This document shows positions 11,103-21,000 of a stretch of 64,000 bases of DNA, piece after piece. The stretch is taken from positions 992,001 to 1,056,000 of the forward strand of contig OZ242220.1 in the NCBI GenBank assembly GCA_965206745.1. The letters run 5' to 3'. Position numbers and translations under genes: made by a program. The notes under the pieces are model-generated. The model was not told the DNA's origin. It worked only from the letters and a program-made list of their open reading frames with translations, and did no database searches. Position 1 is the stretch's first letter, and each line of letters begins with the position of its first letter. The stretch is from Nitrosopumilus sp. Its GTDB lineage: Archaea > Thermoproteota > Nitrososphaeria > Nitrososphaerales > Nitrosopumilaceae.

Positions 11103-12128
11103 ATGACATCAATTGCAACCCTGGGATCCCACTGCTCACTGCAGGTTCTAAAGGGGGCAAAGGACGAGGGACTAAAGACCATTCTGGTGTGTGAGAAAAA
11201 GCGCGAAAAACTGTACAGGCGATTCCCATTCATTGACGAGATGATAATGGTTGATTCGTTCAAAGAGGTTCTTGATCAGAGATGCCAGAGGATCCTTGAG
11301 GAAAACAAAGCAGTACTAATCCCACACGGAACGCTAGTTGCACAGATGAGTCCGGATGAGATCGAGTCAATCAAGACCCCTGTCTTTGGCAACAAGTGGA
11401 TTCTAAGATGGGAGGCAGACAGAGACATGAAGGAGAGGCTCATGAGGGAGGCAGACCTGCCGATGCCAAAGCCGGTTGCAGAGCCAAAGGAGATTGACAG
11501 CCTGGTCATTGTAAAAAGGCAGGGAGCAGCAGGTGGAAAGGGCTACTTTATGGCAGCAAACGAGGATGACTATAATTCAAAGAGGGAGCAGTTGATCTCA
11601 GAAGGCGTAATTTCCAGAGACGAGACACTGTACATTCAAGAGTATGCGGCAGGCGTTTTGGCATATCTGACATTCTTTTATTCGCCGCTAAGTGGGGATG
11701 TAGAGTTCTTTGGGGTTGACCAAAGGCACGAATCGGACATTGAAGGCATGGGTAGGATTCCCGCACAAGAGCAGCTAAAATCATGCAAGGTTCCATCCTT
11801 TAACGTCATTGGGAATAGTCCCCTTGTCTTGCGAGAGTCGCTATTAGATGAGGTGTATTCCATGGGCGAGAGTTTCGTGCAAGCTGCAAAGCGAATGGTT
11901 GCACCAGGAATGAACGGCCCGTTTTGTATAGAGGGGGTCTATGATGAGAATGCAAGGTTTACGTCTTTTGAGTTTTCGGCAAGAATAGTTGCAGGGTCCA
12001 ACATCTACATGGACGGTTCCCCCTACTACTCACTGCTATTCAATGAGACGATGAGCATGGGCAAGAGGATTGCAAGGGAAGTGAGGACTGCCGCAGAGTC
12101 AGGCAAGCTAGACCAAGTCACTACCTAG
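11103..12128 (+). CDS. purP: Formate--phosphoribosylaminoimidazolecarboxamide ligase (PurP family, ATP-grasp)
   Basis: IATLGSHCSLQVLKGAKDEG, LIPHGT, GAAGGKGYF and FEFSARIVAG motifs. Confidence 0.9.
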   Translation: MTSIATLGSHCSLQVLKGAKDEGLKTILVCEKKREKLYRRFPFIDEMIMVDSFKEVLDQRCQRILEENKAVLIPHGTLVAQMSPDEIESIKTPVFGNKWILRWEADRDMKERLMREADLPMPKPVAEPKEIDSLVIVKRQGAAGGKGYFMAANEDDYNSKREQLISEGVISRDETLYIQEYAAGVLAYLTFFYSPLSGDVEFFGVDQRHESDIEGMGRIPAQEQLKSCKVPSFNVIGNSPLVLRESLLDEVYSMGESFVQAAKRMVAPGMNGPFCIEGVYDENARFTSFEFSARIVAGSNIYMDGSPYYSLLFNETMSMGKRIAREVRTAAESGKLDQVTT

Positions 12129-12921
12129 TGACTTTTTTTACAACTGCCTCCATTCCGTGCTGGGATTTGACAATGTACTTGTCCCGGATTTTGACACTGG
12201 CCCAGTCAATAAACAGCACAGTCACCAGCACTATGAGCATGAATACTGCGGCTTTTCCATACTCGAAGAATTTGATATAGTTGATGATGTAAAATCCAAT
12301 TCCGCCTGCACCCACCAATCCCAAAATGCTGGTCTGGCGCACATTGTAGTCAAACATGTATAGTATCTGGCTTAGCAAGTGGGATGCAGACTCTGGAATC
12401 ACCACATACCGGATCAGCTGCCATTTTGAGACGCCTATTGAGCTTACCGCATCCATGGGATCAGAGTCAACTGTCTCAATTGCCTCATACTGCAGCTTTG
12501 CCACAAATCCCACAGTATACATCACGATTGCCAGGACGCCTGCAAACGTTCCAAGGCCTACCATGATTACAAACAGGATTGCCCACAAAATCGAGGGAAA
12601 GGTTCGAATCGCTGCAAGCAGCGCACGGATGGGGGCATAGACATACTTGCTATTGAGGTTTCTTGCGGCAAGCATGCTGAGGGGAAGTGCGATTGCAGTG
12701 CCCACCACGGTTCCGATAAATGCCATCTGAATTGTTTCAAACATGGCCCAGAGTGCCGTAGGGACATATTTTGGTTCGACTAGCAGCATCTCCTCGACTA
12801 TGACTGCAAGGTTTGGCAGGCCTTCGGCAAACTCCAAGGGATTGGCATCCACGTTGTATGAGGCAACGACGACAAGTGCGATGATGATTCCAATTACGAT
12901 GTTATTTTTTGGAGTCATCAT
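12121..12921 (-). CDS. phnE: Phosphonate/phosphite ABC transporter permease
   Basis: ETIQMAFIGT, IRTFPSILWA, AKLQYEAIE and SILGLVGAGGIG motifs. Confidence 0.9.
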   Translation of the reverse strand: MMTPKNNIVIGIIIALVVVASYNVDANPLEFAEGLPNLAVIVEEMLLVEPKYVPTALWAMFETIQMAFIGTVVGTAIALPLSMLAARNLNSKYVYAPIRALLAAIRTFPSILWAILFVIMVGLGTFAGVLAIVMYTVGFVAKLQYEAIETVDSDPMDAVSSIGVSKWQLIRYVVIPESASHLLSQILYMFDYNVRQTSILGLVGAGGIGFYIINYIKFFEYGKAAVFMLIVLVTVLFIDWASVKIRDKYIVKSQHGMEAVVKKVTR

Positions 12922-13717
12922 ACATCCCCATTATCTCATCTGTAGTCATGTCTCCCGTCTGAAAGTCAACGATGGTGTCCCCCTCCACGCCAATCTCCAG
13001 GACCTTGCAGCCCTCCTTGATGACTGCCACCCTGTTTGCGTACTCTAGTGCCAGCTGCATATCATGGTGTACCATGATTGCAGTCAGGTTCATTCTCTTC
13101 TGTGCATCTGCGACCAGATTCATGATTTCACGTGCAGTGACAGAGTCAAGCTCTGAGACAATCTCGTCTGCTAGCAGGATTGTAGGTTTCTGCATTAGCG
13201 CCCTTGCGATGGCGACTCGGCGCTTTTCACCGCCACTTAGCATGTATGCCTTTCTCTGCTCTTTTCCAGACAGTCCCACAAGTGAGATTATCCTCTCTGC
13301 CTCCCGTATTTCCCGCTCCGGGAACCTTTTGAGCAGCGACTGGACTCTGTTCAATCTTGGTAGGGCACCAATTAGGACATTCTCAAGCACCGTGATGTTT
13401 TTTATCAGTCCGAGGCTCTGGGGGATGTACCCTATGGTGTGCATCATTTTTTTAAACTTTTTATCAGTCATGTCCGGTGTGACATAGTCAACCTTGATTG
13501 TTCCGCTGCTTGGGATCATCATCCCGTTTAGCAGTCTTAGCAGTGTAGACTTGCCAGAACCGGACTGGCCTACAATGGCATAGTTTGTGCCCCTCTCAAT
13601 TGATAGGTTGACCCCCTCTAGCGCAAAACTTTTTGAATCATACGATGTCCAGACATCACTCATCTGGATAACCTTGGTTGTGGTAATTGATGAACGATTC
13701 ATCTGAATTTGCTCCAT
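12902..13717 (-). CDS. phnC: Phosphonate/phosphite ABC transporter ATP-binding protein
   Basis: GQSGSGKST, LSGGEKRRVAIARAL, ILLADE. Start is uncertain (13717 or 13702 avoid overlap with phnD). Confidence 0.88.
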   Translation of the reverse strand: MEQIQMNRSSITTTKVIQMSDVWTSYDSKSFALEGVNLSIERGTNYAIVGQSGSGKSTLLRLLNGMMIPSSGTIKVDYVTPDMTDKKFKKMMHTIGYIPQSLGLIKNITVLENVLIGALPRLNRVQSLLKRFPEREIREAERIISLVGLSGKEQRKAYMLSGGEKRRVAIARALMQKPTILLADEIVSELDSVTAREIMNLVADAQKRMNLTAIMVHHDMQLALEYANRVAVIKEGCKVLEIGVEGDTIVDFQTGDMTTDEIMGMYDDSKK

Positions 13718-13733
13718 CTCCGGAAACCCTGTG

Positions 13734-14813
13734 TTACTTGCCCTTCTCATAGTTTGACTTGTCAAGGATCAGCTGGTCAAGTCCCGTCAGGGTATCAATA
13801 TAGTCGCCAAACTGGCCAATATGCAGGGCAGTAGTGGTTGGAACTAGGGCCTCTGCACCGTACAGATTCCTCAAGATGTGGTTATCCTCATCATAGTTGA
13901 GCTGGATTAGCGCATCAACTAGCGCCTTTTTGGTAGAGTCAGACATTGCAGAGCTTACCATGAATGCGTGTGATGGTACAGGGCCAATGGTGGTGACAGG
14001 GCGCAGCTTTGTCTGGTCTTCTGGTTTGAGGTACTTTTGCGGGGCAATGTCCGAACCAAATGCGACATCCACATTTTCATTTAAAAGCAGTTCCAATGCG
14101 GCCTTGTAGCCTCCTGCAAAAGTATAGCTCTCAAAGTTCTCTGCCAGTGCAGACTCTAGTGCGACGATATCATCACCGTTAATTGTGACATGTCCGTCAG
14201 TGACCAGTGTTCCCATCGGCCTGACAAATCCCGAGGAGCCAGTTATGCTGGTAAATGCCACTTTTTTGCCTACTGCATCCTCCAGCGTATGGATGGAGTC
14301 ATTATCAGCCAGTGTCCAAACAGTTGCCTGATAGTTTACCTTGCCTGCAACAAGCTCGGCCATTACTACCTCTGCACCTGTTCTTTGGTGGGTAATCCAT
14401 GCGGGACCTGTATCCATAAAGGCAGCATCAATGTGACCGAACCTCATCCCCTCAATGATGGTCTCATAGTTTGTCGGGATTACAATCTCAACGTCTGTGC
14501 CAAGTTTGGATTCCAGGAACGCTTTGAGTGCCTGTGCTTTGGGGGTCAGCTCGTCTGCTTTCTCAACTGGGATAAATCCGATGGTCAGTGCATCGGCGGC
14601 ATCTGCTGGTGAAACGTCGATGATTCTGTTTTCGAGCAGAAACCTAATCCCGTCCAGAAAGGTCTTATCATCGATTGTGCCGTCTGCCCACCAGCCAGCA
14701 TTTGCCTTAATCCACTGTGGGATTGGGCTCTCTGCCTGTACGCTTGTCGGAAGTAGGAATATGCCAACTGCCGCAGATACGGCAATCAGTGTAAATGCAA
14801 TATGTGGTTTCAT
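13734..14813 (-). CDS. phnD: Phosphate/phosphite/phosphonate ABC transporter substrate-binding protein with N-terminal IPxWIKxNAGWW domain
   Basis: Signal peptide; TNYETIIEGMRFGHID and SITGSSGFVRP PhnD-like motifs; first gene of phnD-C-E. Confidence 0.88.
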   Translation of the reverse strand: MKPHIAFTLIAVSAAVGIFLLPTSVQAESPIPQWIKANAGWWADGTIDDKTFLDGIRFLLENRIIDVSPADAADALTIGFIPVEKADELTPKAQALKAFLESKLGTDVEIVIPTNYETIIEGMRFGHIDAAFMDTGPAWITHQRTGAEVVMAELVAGKVNYQATVWTLADNDSIHTLEDAVGKKVAFTSITGSSGFVRPMGTLVTDGHVTINGDDIVALESALAENFESYTFAGGYKAALELLLNENVDVAFGSDIAPQKYLKPEDQTKLRPVTTIGPVPSHAFMVSSAMSDSTKKALVDALIQLNYDEDNHILRNLYGAEALVPTTTALHIGQFGDYIDTLTGLDQLILDKSNYEKGK

Positions 14814-14870
14814 GGGATATACTAAATTAGGATAAGCTAAGTTATTTAAATCAGGATTTGGTTCTACAGT

Positions 14871-14894
14871 CTCATTCCAAGTTTATAGAATGAG
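14871..14894. promoter_or_regulatory. Inverted repeat CTCATTCCA-N6-TAGAATGAG upstream of the phnD TATA box (14843-14850)
   Basis: 7-bp perfect arms; a related site occurs at 15835. Confidence 0.55.
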
Positions 14895-15097
14895 GAATAT
14901 TGACAGATGCGGGCATTTTGGATCTTTTCCCTGATATGTGATATTGTGACAACGCAGATGCCCTGCCTTTGAAGGTGTCATCTGGCAATTCCTGTAAAGG
15001 CATCTACGTGGCCTGTCAGGGGATTGTCACAGTACAGCAAAGTCTTTCTGCAGGTTTCTCTGATAAATGGCAGTCTCTGATTGTAGTGTTAGAATAT

Positions 15098-15448
15098 TTA
15101 GGATATGTATTTCGGGTTTGTTGTGTTTGAATACAGGTTTAAGCTAGGCTCCATCTCATCTAGGGTGATCTCGACTCTGCCAATCCTGCTCCGATAAAGC
15201 TTGATCTTTTTACCCTCAGAGGATATGACATACCGGTCCACTTCGGCAAGGGCAAGGACCTCCAAGGTGGACAGTGTTTTGTATACAGTTGAGAGGGATA
15301 GCTTTAGTTCGTCTGCAATCTGAGTCGCGTCCTTTGATTCGTTTTTTACCGAGAAGAGCACGGATCTGGTGCATACGTTGGTAAGGGACTCTATGATTTT
15401 TTGGGTAATGTCAAATTCGGATAGTTGGATGATGGTGGGCTTTTGCAT
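15098..15448 (-). CDS. Winged helix-turn-helix (ArsR-like) transcriptional regulator
   Basis: ATQIADELKLSLSTVYKTLSTL HTH; paralogous to the adjacent gene. Confidence 0.85.
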   Translation of the reverse strand: MQKPTIIQLSEFDITQKIIESLTNVCTRSVLFSVKNESKDATQIADELKLSLSTVYKTLSTLEVLALAEVDRYVISSEGKKIKLYRSRIGRVEITLDEMEPSLNLYSNTTNPKYIS

Positions 15449-15456
15449 GGTATCAC

Positions 15457-15786
15457 CTAGTTTGGAATCAAGGTCAGTACCGGTTCTGGCTTTCTAATCG
15501 AGATGTCAGCCTTGCTGATTCGACTTCGGTATACCTTGTACTTTCTTCCTTTATCAGAGAGCATCCATTTCTCAACCTCGATGAGCGTTAGTTCCTCGAG
15601 ATCTGCCAGTTTCTTGTACACGGAACTGAGAGGGATTTTTAGTTTGTATGACAGATCTGTTGCAGTATTTCCCTTCTTGATGATTGAAAATAAGATTGCG
15701 CGTGATTCAGAGTCGGCTAGTGCCTCAATCACCTTTTGGGTGATGTCGTATTTTTTTAGCTGTGGCAGGGTTAGCTTGCGTGACAT
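15457..15786 (-). CDS. Winged helix-turn-helix (ArsR-like) transcriptional regulator
   Basis: IEALADSESRAIL...ATDLSYKLKIPLSSVYKKLADL. Confidence 0.85.
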   Translation of the reverse strand: MSRKLTLPQLKKYDITQKVIEALADSESRAILFSIIKKGNTATDLSYKLKIPLSSVYKKLADLEELTLIEVEKWMLSDKGRKYKVYRSRISKADISIRKPEPVLTLIPN

Positions 15787-15834
15787 ACAGATGTAGTAAG
15801 CATTGCACGCATATTTAAACGAGGTGCATTGGTT

Positions 15835-15858
15835 CTCATTCCATAGAGTTAGAACAGT
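15835..15858. promoter_or_regulatory. CTCATTCCA-N6-TAGAAcag site upstream of the regulator-pair TATA box (15812-15819)
   Basis: Same core and spacing as 14871-14894. Confidence 0.5.
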
Positions 15859-16586
15859 CAGTAATTTTCAGGGGCGTCTTTGTGGGGTTCAAGACGGCCC
15901 CATAGCAGACCCAGGATAAGCCCAACTGAGAGCCAAAATGACGAGACGCCAAGCACCGACATCAGCCTGAACTCGTTGATCCAGGTCATTTGAACTGGCA
16001 CCTCATCGGGATTTTCAGGCATTGCCAAAAATACGACGCCCATTAGGGCGGCATATCCGACTAGTGATGCAAGCTTTCTCTTGCCTCGGAATCTCTTTGA
16101 TATCTTGTAAAATACGAGTGCACCCATGGCAGATATTGTGATAAGGGAGAGGTGCAGGACTGTCCTGAGAACCAGGGTCTCGGCATCCCCGACAGATGGG
16201 GGATTTGCAGGATACTTTAGAAACGGCACAAAGTACAGGGCAAGCCACATGATCCCAGCTAGGAGCAGTGATTTTTTTACATAGTTGCATCCGGGCAGCG
16301 AGTCTTTAGATAGTGCAAATATCATTCCAAACAGGGCGCCCATGGATGTCCCAAGGATCACGCCTGCCAGAACCTGTCCGCCCTTCTGCCACATCCTATA
16401 CCCTTCGTACTCTATTTGGAACTCTGGGGTGTCTTTTTGAACACCGGATTCAAACAGATTCTGGTTTTCAATTCCTATTGCATAGTCAAGATATGGCTCT
16501 ACTAGTGCAAGGTTTACTGTCCCGTGAATCAATCCTGCAAAGGCACCTGAAGCCAATATGACGGTTATGAAAAGAGCAGTCTTCAA
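15858..16586 (-). CDS. cbtA: Predicted cobalt transporter subunit CbtA
   Basis: Multi-TM protein; EPYLDYAIGIE and PFLKYPANPPSVG motifs. Confidence 0.85.
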   Translation of the reverse strand: MKTALFITVILASGAFAGLIHGTVNLALVEPYLDYAIGIENQNLFESGVQKDTPEFQIEYEGYRMWQKGGQVLAGVILGTSMGALFGMIFALSKDSLPGCNYVKKSLLLAGIMWLALYFVPFLKYPANPPSVGDAETLVLRTVLHLSLITISAMGALVFYKISKRFRGKRKLASLVGYAALMGVVFLAMPENPDEVPVQMTWINEFRLMSVLGVSSFWLSVGLILGLLWGRLEPHKDAPENY

Positions 16587-16596
16587 ATCAACTAAC

Positions 16597-16821
16597 CTAG
16601 TGGCAGGGAAAGCCTGCTGCGTGCCTCATATCGTGTGTGAGTTCGTGCAGTATCATGGGGTCTATACCTCCTGCAAGTACGTCCTCTGCATATACAAGGT
16701 TTACAATGTGTCCGTTCTCAAATGCGACTATGAACATTCCCAGCACAAAGACTGCAACTAGTGCCAGGACTGCCAGCTTTGGGATTTTTTGTTTTGATAT
16801 GTCAAGCTGGGATTCTAACAC
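16597..16821 (-). CDS. cbtB: Predicted cobalt transporter subunit CbtB
   Basis: One TM helix plus the C-terminal LHELTHDMRHAAGFPCH signature. Confidence 0.88.
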   Translation of the reverse strand: MLESQLDISKQKIPKLAVLALVAVFVLGMFIVAFENGHIVNLVYAEDVLAGGIDPMILHELTHDMRHAAGFPCH

Positions 16822-16899
16822 ACACGGGATATTTTGTGAGATTATTTAAATTGTTGGACGGTTTATCCAATTTATATATTTCAAAGTAGGTATTTTTTC

Positions 16900-17532
16900 G
16901 TGTTAAAGGAGATAAAGACGCTGCAAGACATTGTTGCACGGAGGGGATCAAGCAGGACACTGACGTTTAGTGCCCCGCACGTACTAAAATCCATCTTTTG
17001 TTTTGGCAATCAAAAGTATGTCAGCCGTGCGACATTTTGCAGGGAGGTCTGCCTGGGACAGGGGGCCGTAAAGACACTGATTTTGCACCTCAAGGAGTAT
17101 GGAGTGGTCTCATCTATAAGATCGGGGACCTTTCTTACCAAAAAGGGGGCAAGGCTTGCAACGGAATTTTACAGGGCCATGCCATCACAGGATTTCATAA
17201 AAGACTGCCACATGACCAACGGCAGATACAACTATGCAATACGGTTGAAAAAAGAGTATGTCTCAAAGTTGGGAAACGGGATGCAGCAGCGAGACTATGC
17301 CATATTATACGGGGCAAGCGACTCGCTGACGCTGATCTTTGAAGGAAACGAGTTTTTCTTTTCAGGGGACAGCAGGATCTGCTTTTCAGCCAGGTCTCAA
17401 ACTGGAAGGGAGTTAATTGGCCTGCTGAATCCGGAGAACCAGGATATTGTGATAATTACCTCGTCTGATGACAGGTTCGTTGCCGAGATTTCGGCAATCA
17501 ATACAGCATTGCAGACGCTTGGTGAAAAGTAA
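16900..17532 (+). CDS. wHTH protein with C-terminal ligand-binding-like domain (DUF2111/DUF4443-like), putative regulator
   Basis: VSRATFCREVCLGQGAVKTLILHLKEYG HTH and GMQQRDYAILYGA motif; divergent from cbtBA. Confidence 0.7.
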   Translation: MLKEIKTLQDIVARRGSSRTLTFSAPHVLKSIFCFGNQKYVSRATFCREVCLGQGAVKTLILHLKEYGVVSSIRSGTFLTKKGARLATEFYRAMPSQDFIKDCHMTNGRYNYAIRLKKEYVSKLGNGMQQRDYAILYGASDSLTLIFEGNEFFFSGDSRICFSARSQTGRELIGLLNPENQDIVIITSSDDRFVAEISAINTALQTLGEK

Positions 17533-17537
17533 CAGTT

Positions 17538-17771
17538 CTAGTGGCAGGGAAAGCCTGCAGCATGCCTCATATCGTGTGTGAGTTCGTGCAGTATCATGGG
17601 GTCTATGCCTCCTGCAAGTACGTCCTCTGCATATACAAGGTTTACAATGTGTCCGTTCTCAAATGCGACTATGAACATTCCCAGCACAAAGACTGCAGCT
17701 AGTATTAGGACTGCCAGCTTTGGGATTTTTTGTTTTGATACGCTGAGCTCCGATTGCAACATGAAGGACAT
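17538..17771 (-). CDS. cbtB: Second CbtB paralog
   Basis: Nearly identical to 16597-16821. Confidence 0.85.
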   Translation of the reverse strand: MSFMLQSELSVSKQKIPKLAVLILAAVFVLGMFIVAFENGHIVNLVYAEDVLAGGIDPMILHELTHDMRHAAGFPCH

Positions 17772-18028
17772 GGTTCTGTGAATATATTTAAGCCCTTGTA
17801 TGGCTGTTTTATCGACAAGAGTCAGGATTGTTTTTGGAATTTTTGGCAGATACTCAAAATTTTCTCATGGTATACCCTACTCTAAAAAGAACTGGCACCA
17901 TTCTATAGTATCATTCAACGGTATTACCATGCAACGATATTACCATCAGAAAAAAACCAGCATTCCAGGATATCGATTTCCCGGGAACAGTCATGCAAAT
18001 TGTGCATAACTCACGTTAAGAGGGATTC

Positions 18029-18049
18029 AAAAAAAGGAAAAAAGGAAAA
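18029..18049 (-). terminator. U-rich archaeal terminator of the S-layer gene
   Basis: TTTTCCTTTTTTCCTTTTTTT on the minus strand ~20 nt after the stop; duplicated at 39058-39078. Confidence 0.6.
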
Positions 18050-18066
18050 TTTGAACTAGTTTGTTT

Positions 18067-21000
18067 CTAACTTACGGTTATCTCTGTACTAACTGGTGGA
18101 GATAGTGCTGTCGGATTGCTCAAGGATTCCCATGCAAATGCAGTGATTTTGTAATCTCCTGCACTAGTTGGAGTCCATGAAACTGCCGAGCTAAATGACT
18201 GACCGCCATATAGTGAGCCTATAATCCACGAGAGTGAGACTGTAACGCCGTTACCATCTTGAATCTGTACCAAGTATGCAAATTCTTGATCCTTGTCCTG
18301 ACCACTTGCCAAATCGGCAGTAACCTGTACCTGTTGATCGACTGAAATAGTATCTAAACTATTTTCAAAGGAATCAAGAGGTCTCAAGTTGCTAACGACT
18401 ACCCTCTCTAGAGGTGGTACGACTGTACCAATCAGAGTGGTGGCAGTAATCTCAAGTTCATCTGCAGTTGAGTACGGATCTGGCAGGGTATTGTCCTCGT
18501 ATTCTACGGTGACTGTGTCACCTTCTGCGACTCTGAGTCTGTGACCTTCGGATTTATCGCCCAGTGTAAAGAACACTGTGCCCTCGAAGATACCAGTTGC
18601 CTCATTAGTCTCAGTTACGGTTAGGTCAATACCTCCAGAATCGGAGTCAGACCACACGTCGACATCAAAGTTGTCGACTGCTTCTGGATCCAAGTTAACG
18701 TCTGGGTCAATTACTCTTACAACACCTGTTCCGGTGGCCGGATAGCTTGCCTCTAACCACTGTACCTCACCAATATTCCATCTGATTAATGCTGAGCCGA
18801 CTACTGTCTCATCCTCTGAGAATTCAAAGGAGACTGTTAGTCCGTCATCATCATCAGCTTGTAGGAATCCGTTGGTTGGGCCTTCGCCTTCGGTTCTTGG
18901 TGATGTGTCATCACCTGCAACACCATCGGCATCATGGTGGAATCCTGTAAGGATTACCTCACCAGTAAAGATGCCTGTATCAGTACCAGTTTCAACAAGC
19001 CTGTATTGATCGAGATCGTTACCTCTGGTAGCGATCGTTACGGGATCCCTCTCGGTTTCTCCGATTTCGTCAACTAGGTCACTGTCAAAGTTGTGATCTG
19101 GTGCGACAATGGTAATGTAGACCTTGTCAGTCCATGTGTAGACCTTTTGGTCAAGCTCCACAGTTGCTCCAAAGTTTGAAGTGAACAATGTCAAGTTGAC
19201 ATCCTCATCTTCATCACCTACATAGTCAGAACCTGATGGACCCCAATCCGTATACTCTAAGAGGATCTCTTCCCCTCTTTCAAGAGGATCGCCATCCAAT
19301 GCTTCGGGAACTTCGATGACAATCTGGAAGATACCAGTACTGTCACCTGTTTCTCTAAAGTCGAGTGGTTCAGGATCAAATAGTGCTCCTGCGCCGTCAG
19401 CATCACCCATGGTGACAGTGGCAGCATCAGAATCCCATTCGATTAGGTCCAAGTCATAAGTCTCGGCCTGATCATTGTCCAGATCCAAGTCTGGCTCAAT
19501 GAGGGTCAAGATCATGTCAGATCCGATAATATATACAGATTTGTCAGATTGCAATACGCCGTTTCTCAGGTCAAATGTGGCTGAATCAGTCACAGTATTG
19601 ACATCACCAGAAGCATCAGTTGGATCAGTGTATTCAACTTGGAGAATATCTCCTTGTAGGATACAGTGCTTTCCTGGGATTACTGTGTCTTGCGGAACAG
19701 TAAATCTATCTAGTACGTCACCAGATCGACTGCCATCAGATATCAGATACTGAGTTGTATCTGGACATGATGAACTTGCCGGACCGTCAGTGTATCGGAC
19801 TGTGATATCAGCTTCAAATATGCCTGCATCTGGTGCGATTTCACTGATTGGGCCAAACTCTGGCACAGTGGATCTGTTTTGAGCTATATCGTCAACATTA
19901 ATCTTACCACCTTGGGTTGCCTCACCACCAGCGTATGTTAGTACGACTGTGTTTGAGCCTCTGATAACAGATACCTTGACAGGTCCTAATCCAGTTACTG
20001 GATCGACATATGCAATGGTATCTTCACCGGATGCTGAAACATCCCAATCTGGATCGTTAATTCTAACGTGAATCGTTAGATCTCCCGCGTTTAAGTATTC
20101 ACCAGAATCCAAACCAGTTGTTTGGTCGGAAATTCCGAGTCCATTTACACCTGATTGGTGGATTGGGAATAGTGAACGACGGTTGTTGTTATCGATACTT
20201 GGGGCATGTGAAGTGTTATCCTCAGGGTTATAGTCAGCAGGTATACCAAATGGTACTGGATAGACTGTTCTATCAAGACTTACCGAACCAGTGTTTGCGC
20301 GAACGCCTGCACTGTCTCCTACCTCAATGACTTCACCGCTAGCGTCTCTAAAGTCAACATAGTTGACTTCAATATCAAGACCTGTTGCGGTTTCTAATCC
20401 ATTAGTAGGATGGCACCATTGAGCTGGAATTTGGAAGCTGCCAACGAATCTGCCAGAGTCTCTGCTAGTCTCACCTAGAGTGAAACCAGTTGAACCCAAG
20501 CCTACATTGGCATCACTCCCTATACAGGTTGAATGTTCGCCTTCTGTCCAAGTTTGGTCATCAAATGTGACATCTAGTAGTCTGCCGAGTTGATCACCGT
20601 TACTTAGTGTAACAGATGTGCCTCCACCAGTTACGTGTGAACTGCCAACAACGTCATAGTTATCATCAGTAGCGTTTCGGACTATGGTATAGACGTCCTT
20701 CGTTTCAGAATCCACGTTCAGATCCAAGTCATCTACTGTAATTATTACGGTATCAGCAGTCTTGTATGAGTCGCTGTCAAATGATACGACACCAGAGTGG
20801 CTCGGAGCTGCTTCTTGATCAGATACCTGCGTTGAAACACCATCCTCACCCAAGTCAAAGTAAGTGACTCTGACATCATCTTCGTCAGTCAGATCCTCAA
20901 TTACGATGAAATCTGGGTCATCTGCGATTGTAGAGAGACCAAGATATGTACTTAGGTCGTTGATGTTTAGCTGGTTGATCATGGTGTATTCCAAGGTACC

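Noticed and set aside
16822-16899. Cobalamin riboswitch upstream of cbtB
   Set aside because: The gap is only 78 nt, AT-rich and occupied by divergent TATA boxes.
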